Below are positions 50,917 to 58,901 of a stretch of 64,000 nucleotides of DNA, one piece after another. Positions within the stretch are counted from its first letter, which is position 1. Every line of letters starts with the position of its first letter. The stretch lies in contig DASWPQ010000060.1 of the NCBI GenBank assembly GCA_036398375.1, positions 72,956 to 136,955 of the forward strand, written 5' to 3'. Both the position numbers and the translations under genes were made by a program. Below the pieces are notes generated by a model that saw nothing but the letters and a program-made list of their open reading frames with translations, made no database searches and was not told where the DNA came from. This DNA is from Gryllotalpicola sp. Its GTDB lineage: Bacteria > Actinomycetota > Actinomycetes > Actinomycetales > Microbacteriaceae.

Positions 50917-52374
50917 TCATCGTCGCGAGGGCTCGTGCGCCAGCGAGATCGGCTCGGACACCGCCTCGAGGGATTTGCGCTCGGCGTCCGTGCCGAAGAC
51001 GATCGCGATGATGCCGCCCAGGATCATGACGCCCGCGCCCACGAAGTAGCCGATCGTGAGCGGCCCTCGCTGCGAGCCGTCCCCGACGAGCGCGCCGAAC
51101 ACGCTCGGCGCGACCGCGCCGAAGATCTGCGCCAGGGCGAAGAAGTACGAGATCGCCTGGCTGCGCAGCTCGAGCGGGAAGGTCTCGCTCACGGTCAGGT
51201 AGGCGCTGGATGCCCCGGCGGAGGCGAAGAAGAACGCCACGCACCAGAAGACCGTCTGCGTGACCGCGTCGAGCGTTCCCGCCTGGAAGAGGATCGCCGA
51301 GGCGGTGAGCACGAGCCCGGAGAGCACGTAGGTCCCGAAGATCATCTTGCGCCGCCCGACGGTGTCGAAGAGCCGGCCGAGCACGAGCGGGCCGACCAGG
51401 TTGCCGACGGCGAAGGGGAAGAAGAAATAACCGGTCTGATCGCGTGGGATGTCGTAGAAGTTCTGCAGCACGAGCGCGTAGCTGAAGAAGATCGCGTTGT
51501 AGAGGAACGACTGCGTGATCATCATGGCGGCGCCGGTGAGGGTGCGCTTCGGATACTTCGTGAAGAGCACCCGGGCGATGACGCGGAACGGCACGTGCTC
51601 GATGGGACGCAGCTCGATCGCCTCGTCGTCCGAGACGGGCCGGAGCTGCCCGCCCTGGGACTCGACGCGCCGTTCGATCTCGTCGACCGTGCCATCGGCA
51701 TCCGCCGCATGCCCGTGGGTGACGAGCCAGCGCGGACTCTCCGGGATGTGCCGGCGCAGGTAGATGATGAACAGGCCGATCACGGGGCCGATCCAGAATC
51801 CGATGCGCCAGCCCCAGTTCTGGTCGATGACGTCAGCGTTGTAGAGCGGCAGGCTCGCCGCCGCTCCGAGCGCCGCCCCGCCCCAGTACGTGCCGTTGAT
51901 CGCGATGTCCACGTGCCCGCGGTAGTGCGAGGGGATGAGCTCATCGATGGCCGAGTTGATCGCCGCATACTCGCCGCCGATGCCCGCGCCGGCGACGAAG
52001 CGGAAGAGCAGCAGGAACCAGTACGAGAAGGAGAAGCCCGCGATCCCGCTGCCGACGAGGTAGATCGCGAGGGTCAGGATGAAGAGCCGTTTACGGCCGA
52101 GGCGATCGGAGAGCCAGCCGAAGTAGAGGGCGCCGCAGACCTCGCCGACGAGGTAGACGGTGCCGACCACACCGACTTCGGCGCTCGTCAGGTTCAGCGT
52201 CTGCGCGTAGCCGTTCGAGGCGACGATCTGGATCTCGAGCCCGTCGAGCACCCAGGAGATGCCGAGGCCGAAGACCACGGACCAGTGGAACCTCGTCCAG
52301 GGCAGCCGGTCCATCCGAGCCGGAACCAGACTCCGGACGGTCCCCCCTGCGCTCGAGCTCGACGTCGCTGTCAT
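50917..52374 (-). CDS. MFS transporter
   Basis: SDRLGRKR, GAGIGGEY, DTVGRR, SETFPLELR. Confidence 0.93.
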   Translation of the reverse strand: MTATSSSSAGGTVRSLVPARMDRLPWTRFHWSVVFGLGISWVLDGLEIQIVASNGYAQTLNLTSAEVGVVGTVYLVGEVCGALYFGWLSDRLGRKRLFILTLAIYLVGSGIAGFSFSYWFLLLFRFVAGAGIGGEYAAINSAIDELIPSHYRGHVDIAINGTYWGGAALGAAASLPLYNADVIDQNWGWRIGFWIGPVIGLFIIYLRRHIPESPRWLVTHGHAADADGTVDEIERRVESQGGQLRPVSDDEAIELRPIEHVPFRVIARVLFTKYPKRTLTGAAMMITQSFLYNAIFFSYALVLQNFYDIPRDQTGYFFFPFAVGNLVGPLVLGRLFDTVGRRKMIFGTYVLSGLVLTASAILFQAGTLDAVTQTVFWCVAFFFASAGASSAYLTVSETFPLELRSQAISYFFALAQIFGAVAPSVFGALVGDGSQRGPLTIGYFVGAGVMILGGIIAIVFGTDAERKSLEAVSEPISLAHEPSRR

Positions 52375-52569
52375 CCGCTCTCCCCTTTCCCCTTCCACAC
52401 GCCTTCTGCGCCCATCTGTGCACAAAGGAAGCTAGTCATCACTCCGCGCTCGAGGAAGTGGCTTGCATTCTGCACGCGAGCGTGGCAAGGCCGCAGGAGG
52501 CGCGGGGAGGCGCCGTCCGGGGAGGACACGCGGGCGTCGGGAGCACGCGGCTCGCGGGCGTCGTGCGGA

Positions 52570-52719
52570 TGCGAGCGTCTTCGAAGCCCCACCCGACTCC
52601 GAAGACGTGCACGCAGACCGGCACCTGATAGCCCCGGCAGGGGCCGCGACCACCTCGTCGTGGTCGTTGCTTTCGAGGCGTCGGGATTCGCGCAATCCCC
52701 CGGATCCCCGTTGATCCGT
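52570..52719 (-). ncRNA. Candidate structured RNA (unassigned)
   Basis: Five consecutive hairpins with G-U pairs on the minus strand, directly after a TTGACG-N17-CAGTGT promoter. Confidence 0.55.
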
Positions 52720-52825
52720 TGGCAACACTGCACTGCTCCCGACGGCACGTCAAGTCACGGTTCGGGCAAGATCCACACCGCGCCGGAGCGCCGATCGACG
52801 GCGACGCGGTCCGCTTCGACGCGGG

Positions 52826-53266
52826 CTAGGAGTCGGCGATCGTGCTGAGCAGCGCGCAGGCGCGGGCGATCGCGTCGCGGTCCTCTGCGCTGAGCGCCTG
52901 CAGCTGGGCGTCCAGCCAGGCGTGACGCTGGGCGCGCGCGGCGATGGCGAGCTCGGCGCCCTCTGGCGTGATGCTGAACAGCACCTTCCGGCGGTCGTTG
53001 GGGTCGGGGGTACGGACCGCATAACCGGCCGAGGTGAGCCGGTTCACGCTCTGGCTCATCGAGGCGGGAGCGACGTGGTCGTGCTCGCTCAGCCCGGTCA
53101 GGGTCTGCGGGCCGCTCTTGTACAGCCGGGTGAGGACGTCGAGCGCCGTGTCGCCGAGTGTGCCCTCCGGTCGCTCGCTACGGAAGCGGCGGTAGAGCCG
53201 CCCCACCGTCGACCGCACCTGACCGCCGAGCCCGTCGGAGTCCTCACGTGTTGCGCCTGTGCCCAT
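52826..53266 (-). CDS. MarR family regulator
   Basis: SMSQSVNRL..AGY..R.PDPNDRR..ITPEG. Confidence 0.93.
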   Translation of the reverse strand: MGTGATREDSDGLGGQVRSTVGRLYRRFRSERPEGTLGDTALDVLTRLYKSGPQTLTGLSEHDHVAPASMSQSVNRLTSAGYAVRTPDPNDRRKVLFSITPEGAELAIAARAQRHAWLDAQLQALSAEDRDAIARACALLSTIADS

Positions 53267-53272
53267 GAGTCA

Positions 53273-53308
53273 TTAGTATACCTAAAAGTAAGCCTTTAGT
53301 ATACCTAA
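53273..53308. promoter_or_regulatory. Tandem MarR operators
   Basis: TTAGTATACCTAA at 53273-53285 and 53296-53308, each TTAG-N5-CTAA. Confidence 0.8.
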
Positions 53309-53357
53309 TCACCGCGTTGGACCACCCTCGCTCGCGTTCCTCATGATCGGAGCACCC

Positions 53358-54818
53358 ATGACTTCCCCTCACGCCGCCGAGGAGGCGGCTGCCACAGGCA
53401 GCACCCCCTTCTCCTGGCGGTTCACCACTCCGCTGTTCATCGGTTCCGCGCTGAACCCCATCAACAGCTCGATGATCGCCACCGCCCTTGTGCCGATCGC
53501 CACCGGTCTGCACGTTCCCATCGGCCAGACCGCGTCCCTCGTGACCGCGCTCTACCTCGCCAGCGCCATCGCCCAGCCCACGGCCGGCAAGGTCGCGGAG
53601 GTCTTCGGCGCGCGCCGCGTCTTCCTCGCCGGGATCGTCCTGGTCCTGATCGGCGGCGTCCTCGGCGGCGTGGCGCGGGACGTCCCGATGCTGCTCATCG
53701 CCCGGGTGCTGATCGGCCTGGGCACCTCCTGCGCCTACCCCTCGGCGATGATGCTCATCCAGCGGCGCGCCCGGGCCGCAGGGCTGGAGAAGCCGCCGGG
53801 CGGGGTGCTCGGCGGTCTGCAGATCGCGGGCATCGCGACCGCCGCGCTGGGCCTGCCGATCGGCGGCGTGCTCGTCGAGACCGCCGGCTGGCGCTGGGTC
53901 TTCCTGGTCAACGTCCCCGTGACCCTCATCGCGCTGGCCGCCGCGCTGATCTGGATTCCACGCGACCCGCCCCAGCAGGCGCCGCGGAACGCACGCGAGG
54001 TCCTCTCCCGCATCGACCTCACCGGCATCCTCGGCTTCGCTCTCGCGATGACGGCCCTGCTCGGATTCCTGTTCTCCCTGCCGAACCCGAACTGGGTCGT
54101 GCTGGCCGGCTCCGTCATCCTGTTCGTCGCCCTGACCCTGTGGGAGCTGCGCGCCGCGCATCCGTTCTTCGATGTGCGGATGCTCGTCCGCAACGCGGCG
54201 CTGACGCGGACGTATCTGCGCTTCGCGCTCGTCGCGGTGTGCGTGTACGTCGTCCTCTACGGCATCACCCAATGGCTGGAGGTCGGGCGGGGGATGTCCG
54301 CGCTCGCCTCCGGACTGCTGCTCCTGCCGATGAGCGTGATCTCCGGTGTCGTCGTGGTGCCGATCTCGCGGCGCAACCTCGTTCGCGGCCCGGTCATCGT
54401 CGCCGGCCTGGCCAGTCTGGTCGGCGCCGTCGGCGCGCTGTTCCTCAGCTCGGGAACGGACATCGTCTGGATCGTGGCGATCACCCTCGCCTTCGGCATC
54501 GCCCTCGGCACGGCATCCAGCGGCAATCAGATCGCGCTCTACACCCAGGCTCCACCGGATCAGCTCGGCGTCGCATCCGGCCTGTTCCGCACCTTCGGCT
54601 ACGTCGGATCCATCGCCTCCTCCGCGATCACCGGCGTCGTCTTCCACACCCGCGTCAGCGACAGCGGCGTCCACCTCATCGCATGGATCATGATCGGCCT
54701 CAGCATCGCCACGGTGGCACTGTCGGTCCTGGACCGCTCCGTGCGGAGCCCCGGCAGACCCGATCGCCCCGAACGTCCGTCCGCACGCGTCCCGTCCTCA
54801 AGAATCATCAGAGAGTAA
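53358..54818 (+). CDS. MFS (DHA2-like) efflux transporter
   Basis: LNPINSSMIATAL, GWRWVFLVNVP, many TMs; GGAG RBS before ATG 53358. Confidence 0.92.
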   Translation: MTSPHAAEEAAATGSTPFSWRFTTPLFIGSALNPINSSMIATALVPIATGLHVPIGQTASLVTALYLASAIAQPTAGKVAEVFGARRVFLAGIVLVLIGGVLGGVARDVPMLLIARVLIGLGTSCAYPSAMMLIQRRARAAGLEKPPGGVLGGLQIAGIATAALGLPIGGVLVETAGWRWVFLVNVPVTLIALAAALIWIPRDPPQQAPRNAREVLSRIDLTGILGFALAMTALLGFLFSLPNPNWVVLAGSVILFVALTLWELRAAHPFFDVRMLVRNAALTRTYLRFALVAVCVYVVLYGITQWLEVGRGMSALASGLLLLPMSVISGVVVVPISRRNLVRGPVIVAGLASLVGAVGALFLSSGTDIVWIVAITLAFGIALGTASSGNQIALYTQAPPDQLGVASGLFRTFGYVGSIASSAITGVVFHTRVSDSGVHLIAWIMIGLSIATVALSVLDRSVRSPGRPDRPERPSARVPSSRIIRE

Positions 54819-54828
54819 GGAACCGACC

Positions 54829-55395
54829 ATGCCCGTCAACCCCCTCGGCGTTCTGCTGCGCGGCCGCCGCGCCGGACACCACACGCTCGCCTGGGCGCGT
54901 CCGGAGCTGCAGGCGCCCGAGAACCTCGCGCTCACGAGCCCCGCCTTCGACCACGGCGCCCCCATCCCGGAGCGCTACAAGGGCCGGATGCGCGGCGAGA
55001 ACATCTCGCCCGCCCTCGGCTGGACGCCGCCGCCGCCCGGCACCGCCGAACTCGTGCTCATCGTGGAGGACCCGGACGTGCCCTTCGGCAAGCCCGCCAC
55101 CCACGCGCTCACCGTCGGGATCGACCCGGCGCTGACCGGCATCCCCGAGAACGGCCTCGCCCACCCCAGCGCGATCGCCGGGCTCACCCACGGCACGGGC
55201 GCCCTCGGCCGCCGCGGCTGGGCCGGCCCCCTGCCCATCCGCTCGCACGGGCCGCACTCCTACGTCTTCCAGCTCTTCGCCATGGACGGGCACCTGGAGC
55301 TGCCCGAGACCTTCACCCTCGCGCAGGCGGTCCAGGCCATGGCCGGGCACGTGATCGGGCGCGCCCGGCTCGAGGGGAGCTACGAGATCCGCTGA
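54829..55395 (+). CDS. YbhB/YbcL (PEBP) family protein
   Basis: NISPALGW, VEDPDVP, GP.P..HG.H.YVFQLFA. Confidence 0.92.
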   Translation: MPVNPLGVLLRGRRAGHHTLAWARPELQAPENLALTSPAFDHGAPIPERYKGRMRGENISPALGWTPPPPGTAELVLIVEDPDVPFGKPATHALTVGIDPALTGIPENGLAHPSAIAGLTHGTGALGRRGWAGPLPIRSHGPHSYVFQLFAMDGHLELPETFTLAQAVQAMAGHVIGRARLEGSYEIR

Positions 55396-55470
55396 CGGCG
55401 CGCCCGGCCGGAGCCGGCAGGCGCCGGCAGGCGCCGTCGCGGGCTCCGCACCACCGGTAGCCTGGCCCTC

Positions 55471-56016
55471 ATGCATCGCACGATCCGGCCTCTCTTCGCC
55501 GTCGCCGCCCTCGCGGCGCTGGCCCTGACCGGCTGCGCCGGCGGAGACGGCGGCGCCCCCGCCGCCGCAACGACCCCGAACGCCTCGTCCTCCCCGACCC
55601 CGGCCACCGCCGCCGAGTGTCGGGGCGTGTTCGTCACGGTCCAGTACGGCCTGCTCGGCGGCGATGACGTCGACGCCTGCGATCCGGTGACGAGCACGGC
55701 GACCGCGGCGTCCGTGCTGAAGGACCTCGGAATCACGACCGCGGGCACGACGAAGTACGGCGATCAGGTCGTCTGCCGCGTCAACGGCCGGCCCTCGGCG
55801 TCGACGCCGATCGAGGTGCCCGGCCACGCGCCGTACACCGAACAGTGCCAGAGCATGCCGGCCGCCTTCGCCTACTGGTCGATGTGGGTGCGCGACTCTG
55901 CCGCGGGCCAGTGGGGCTACGCACAGAACGGCGTGGCCGCGGAGCAGCTGAAGCCGGGCCAGACCCTCGGGCTGAAGTTCACCACCGGCACGGACACCGC
56001 CGCGCCGCAGGGCTAG
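55471..56016 (+). CDS. Lipoprotein, probable ECF-associated substrate-binding protein (DUF4430/transcobalamin-like)
   Basis: Lipobox LTGC; VCRVNGRP, YWSMW, WGYAQ.G...LKPGQ. Confidence 0.7.
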   Translation: MHRTIRPLFAVAALAALALTGCAGGDGGAPAAATTPNASSSPTPATAAECRGVFVTVQYGLLGGDDVDACDPVTSTATAASVLKDLGITTAGTTKYGDQVVCRVNGRPSASTPIEVPGHAPYTEQCQSMPAAFAYWSMWVRDSAAGQWGYAQNGVAAEQLKPGQTLGLKFTTGTDTAAPQG

Positions 56017-56024
56017 GCTCCGCG

Positions 56025-58040
56025 GTGCGCTTCCGCCCCGCCCCGCTGCGGCAGGCCGCGATCTTCGCGGCCGTGTTCGTGGCCGCGCGCGTGGTGTACC
56101 GGGCACTCTTCGCCGGAGCATCCGGCTCGGGCATCCGTCTGCTCGATCTGCCGCTCGTGCTGCTGCCCGCCCCGTTCAGCGGCGTGGAGCTGCTCGGACC
56201 GGTCACGAGCGGCGGCCTGTTGAGCGCGCTGCGCTCGGCCCTGCCCTTCGTCGCCGTCATCCTCTTCTTCGGCGTGCTCAACGCGGTCGTCGATGTGCGC
56301 CCGATCGTTGCGGCCTCAGCCCGCCGCGGACCCGTGCGCTCGCTCGCGCGCGCCCTCGTGATCGCCGGGCAGACGTTCCCCGCGCTGGGAGCGGCCGTGG
56401 GACGTGCCGCCCGTGCCGCCCGGCTGCGCGGCGAACGGCCGGGGCCGAGCACGCTCGTCCCCGTGCTCGAGGGCACGATCGAGCGGGCCGTCGCGCTCGC
56501 CGCCTCGCTCGAACTGCGCGGCTTCGCGGCCGAGCGCCGGGTCGACGGCGTGTGCGAGGCACCCGTGCGGGCGCGGGATGCCGCACTCGAGCGCCCGGGC
56601 TGGCGCCTGGAGATCCCGTCACTCGCCCTCTCCCCCGGCACGCTCACGGTGCTGACCGGGCCGACCGGCGCCGGCAAGTCGAGTGTGCTCGGCGCGCTCT
56701 CCGGCCTCTTCCAGCACGTCGACGGCGGCAGGCAGACCGGATCGCTCCTGGTCGGCGAAGTCGACCGGGCGCGCGTGCCGCCGCGGGAGACCTCCGGGTT
56801 CGTCGGGGCGGTCGCGCAGCAGGTGCGCGCCGCCTTCGCCGGGGAGACGGTCGCCGAGGAGCTCGGTCTCGCCCTCGCGCTGCGCGGCGTGGCGCCCGTC
56901 ATCGTCGCCGCGCGGGTGCGCGAACTCGCCGAACAGCTCGGGATCGCGTCGCTGCTCGACCGCCCCGTCGGCGCGCTCTCGGCGGGCGAGGCCGTGCTGA
57001 CGGCGCTCGGCGCGGCCGTGATCGAAAACCCGGCGCTGCTGCTGGTGGACGAGCCGCTCGCCGAGCTCGACGAGCACGCCCGGCCGCGCGTCGTCGCCGC
57101 CCTCGACGCGCTCGCGCACCGGGCGGGCGTCTGCGTCGTGGTCGCCGAGCATCGGGCCGCATGGTTCCGCGACGTCGCGGACGGCTGGCTCGCGATCGCG
57201 GGCGGCGAGCTGCGCGAGACGGATGCCTCCGCCGCGGCATTTGCATCAGGGAACCTTTTCTCAGCCCCAGGGAACCAATGCTTCCCGGCTCCCGCGTCGG
57301 GGCGGCCGGTCCCGTCCCGGGGAGCCACGGAAACAATGGTTCCCTGGGATTCGAAAACGGTTCCCTCGCGCAAGTCCCGCGGAGACGTCATCGCCGAACT
57401 CCGCGGGGTGAGCGTGCGGCGCGGCGGGCGACTCGCGGTCGACGCCGTCTCCCTCGAGCTCGCGGCCGGCGAGCTGGTCGCGCTCACGGGCCCGAACGGG
57501 GCGGGGAAGTCCTCGCTGCTCGCCGCGTTCGCGGTGCCCGAGGCCGCCGGTCGTGTGCTCGTGCGCGGCCAGGACGCCCGGGGGCTCGCGCCGCGCGCCC
57601 GGCACGCGGCGGTGGCCCTCGTCCCCGAGCTCGTCGAGGAGCTCTTCGTGACCGACTCGGTCGCGGCCGAGTGCCGCCGCGCCGATCGGCGCTGGCATCC
57701 GTCCCTCCCGACCTCCGGGCGGCTGGGCGCGCTGCTCGGTGTCGAGCCGGCGGTGCTCGGCGGCACGCATCCGCGCGACCTCTCCGGCGGCCAGCGGATC
57801 TGCCTCGCCATCGCGCTGCAGCTCGCCGCCGAGCCCGCCGTGCTGCTCGTCGACGAGCCCGTGCGCGGCCTCGACGCCCGGGCCCGCGGCGAGGTCGCCG
57901 CCGCGCTACGGCGTGCTGCGGCCACCGGGGCGGCCGTGCTCTTCGCGACCCATGAGCGCGACTTCGCGGCTGCGCTCGCCCACCGCACACTGCGGCTCGA
58001 GTCCGGGCGGCTCGTCGCTCCGGAGGAGGTGCCCGCATGA
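56025..58040 (+). CDS. ECF T-component fused to tandem ATPases
   Basis: N-terminal TMs with RLRG/ELRGF; GPTGAGKS/LSAGE/VDEP and GPNGAGKS/LSGGQ/VDEP. Confidence 0.88.
   Translation: MRFRPAPLRQAAIFAAVFVAARVVYRALFAGASGSGIRLLDLPLVLLPAPFSGVELLGPVTSGGLLSALRSALPFVAVILFFGVLNAVVDVRPIVAASARRGPVRSLARALVIAGQTFPALGAAVGRAARAARLRGERPGPSTLVPVLEGTIERAVALAASLELRGFAAERRVDGVCEAPVRARDAALERPGWRLEIPSLALSPGTLTVLTGPTGAGKSSVLGALSGLFQHVDGGRQTGSLLVGEVDRARVPPRETSGFVGAVAQQVRAAFAGETVAEELGLALALRGVAPVIVAARVRELAEQLGIASLLDRPVGALSAGEAVLTALGAAVIENPALLLVDEPLAELDEHARPRVVAALDALAHRAGVCVVVAEHRAAWFRDVADGWLAIAGGELRETDASAAAFASGNLFSAPGNQCFPAPASGRPVPSRGATETMVPWDSKTVPSRKSRGDVIAELRGVSVRRGGRLAVDAVSLELAAGELVALTGPNGAGKSSLLAAFAVPEAAGRVLVRGQDARGLAPRARHAAVALVPELVEELFVTDSVAAECRRADRRWHPSLPTSGRLGALLGVEPAVLGGTHPRDLSGGQRICLAIALQLAAEPAVLLVDEPVRGLDARARGEVAAALRRAAATGAAVLFATHERDFAAALAHRTLRLESGRLVAPEEVPA
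57249..57365. repeat. 117-bp palindromic element in frame within the ECF ATPase gene
   Basis: About 45-bp imperfect arms GGGAACC..CCCAGGGAACCA..GGCTCCC and their complement. Confidence 0.82.
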
Positions 58041-58825
58041 CGGAGCTGCGCCCTCCGTCGTTCGAGTCCGCCGCGAGGAGCCGCATCCGCCTCGACTGGC
58101 GCGGCCTCGCGCTCGTCGCGGGCAGCCTGCTCGCGGCCGCCGGCTTCGCCTGGCCGTTCTTCGCGCCCGCGCTGCCCGCCGACGCGCAGAAGGCCGTGCC
58201 CTACCTCGCGTTCGCGCTCGTGCCCGCGCTCGTCGCCGCGCTCGCCATGGTGCTCGACGCCCAGGTCGCGAGCGCGAAGGCCGTCGCGCTGCTGGGCGTG
58301 CTGGGCGCGATCGGTGCTGTCACGCGCGTCGCCGGGGACACCGTCGGCGGCATCGAGCCCGTCTTCATCGTGCTGACCCTCGCCGGGCGGGCCTTCGGCG
58401 CACGCTTCGGCTTCCTGCTCGGCGCCGTCGTGATGACCGTCTCCGCGGTGATCTCCGGCGGCATCGGGCCGTGGCTGCCGTTCCAGGTCTTCGCGTGCGC
58501 CTGGGTCGCCGCAGGCGCCGGCCTGCTGCCCGGCATCCGTTCGAGGCTCGGTGAGCTCATCCTGCTCGCCGGCTACGGCGCGATCGTCTCCTGGCTCGTG
58601 GGCGCCGCCCTCAACCTCTGGTTCTGGCCGTTCGCGATCGGCTCGGGCACCAGCATCTCCTACGCGGCGGATGCCTCGCTCGCCCACAACCTGAAGGCCT
58701 TCGCGCTCTACTCGCTCGCGACCTCGACGCTCACCTGGGACACCGTGCGCGCGATCACGACGGTCGTCGGCATCGCGCTGGTCGGCCGGCCCGTGCTCGC
58801 CGCCCTCCGCCGCGCGAAGCTCTGA
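58037..58825 (+). CDS. ECF S-component (CbrT-like)
   Basis: GIEPVF, GRAFGARFGFLLG, GGIGPWLPFQ, WDTVRA. Confidence 0.87.
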   Translation: MTELRPPSFESAARSRIRLDWRGLALVAGSLLAAAGFAWPFFAPALPADAQKAVPYLAFALVPALVAALAMVLDAQVASAKAVALLGVLGAIGAVTRVAGDTVGGIEPVFIVLTLAGRAFGARFGFLLGAVVMTVSAVISGGIGPWLPFQVFACAWVAAGAGLLPGIRSRLGELILLAGYGAIVSWLVGAALNLWFWPFAIGSGTSISYAADASLAHNLKAFALYSLATSTLTWDTVRAITTVVGIALVGRPVLAALRRAKL

Positions 58826-58901
58826 AGACGACGCGAAGCAGCCACGTGCCCTCCGCAGCGCGCGACGACTCGTGCCGGGCGCGGACCGGAACGACAGGAA
58901 A

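Noticed and set aside
52620-52680. Hammerhead ribozyme (CTGATA next to stems on the plus strand)
   Set aside because: Lacks the CUGANGA and GAAA core in the required arrangement, and the wobble pairs favour the minus strand.
55396-55470. Cobalamin riboswitch upstream of the ECF operon
   Set aside because: Only 75 bp, no B12-box, and the -10 element sits directly before the ATG.
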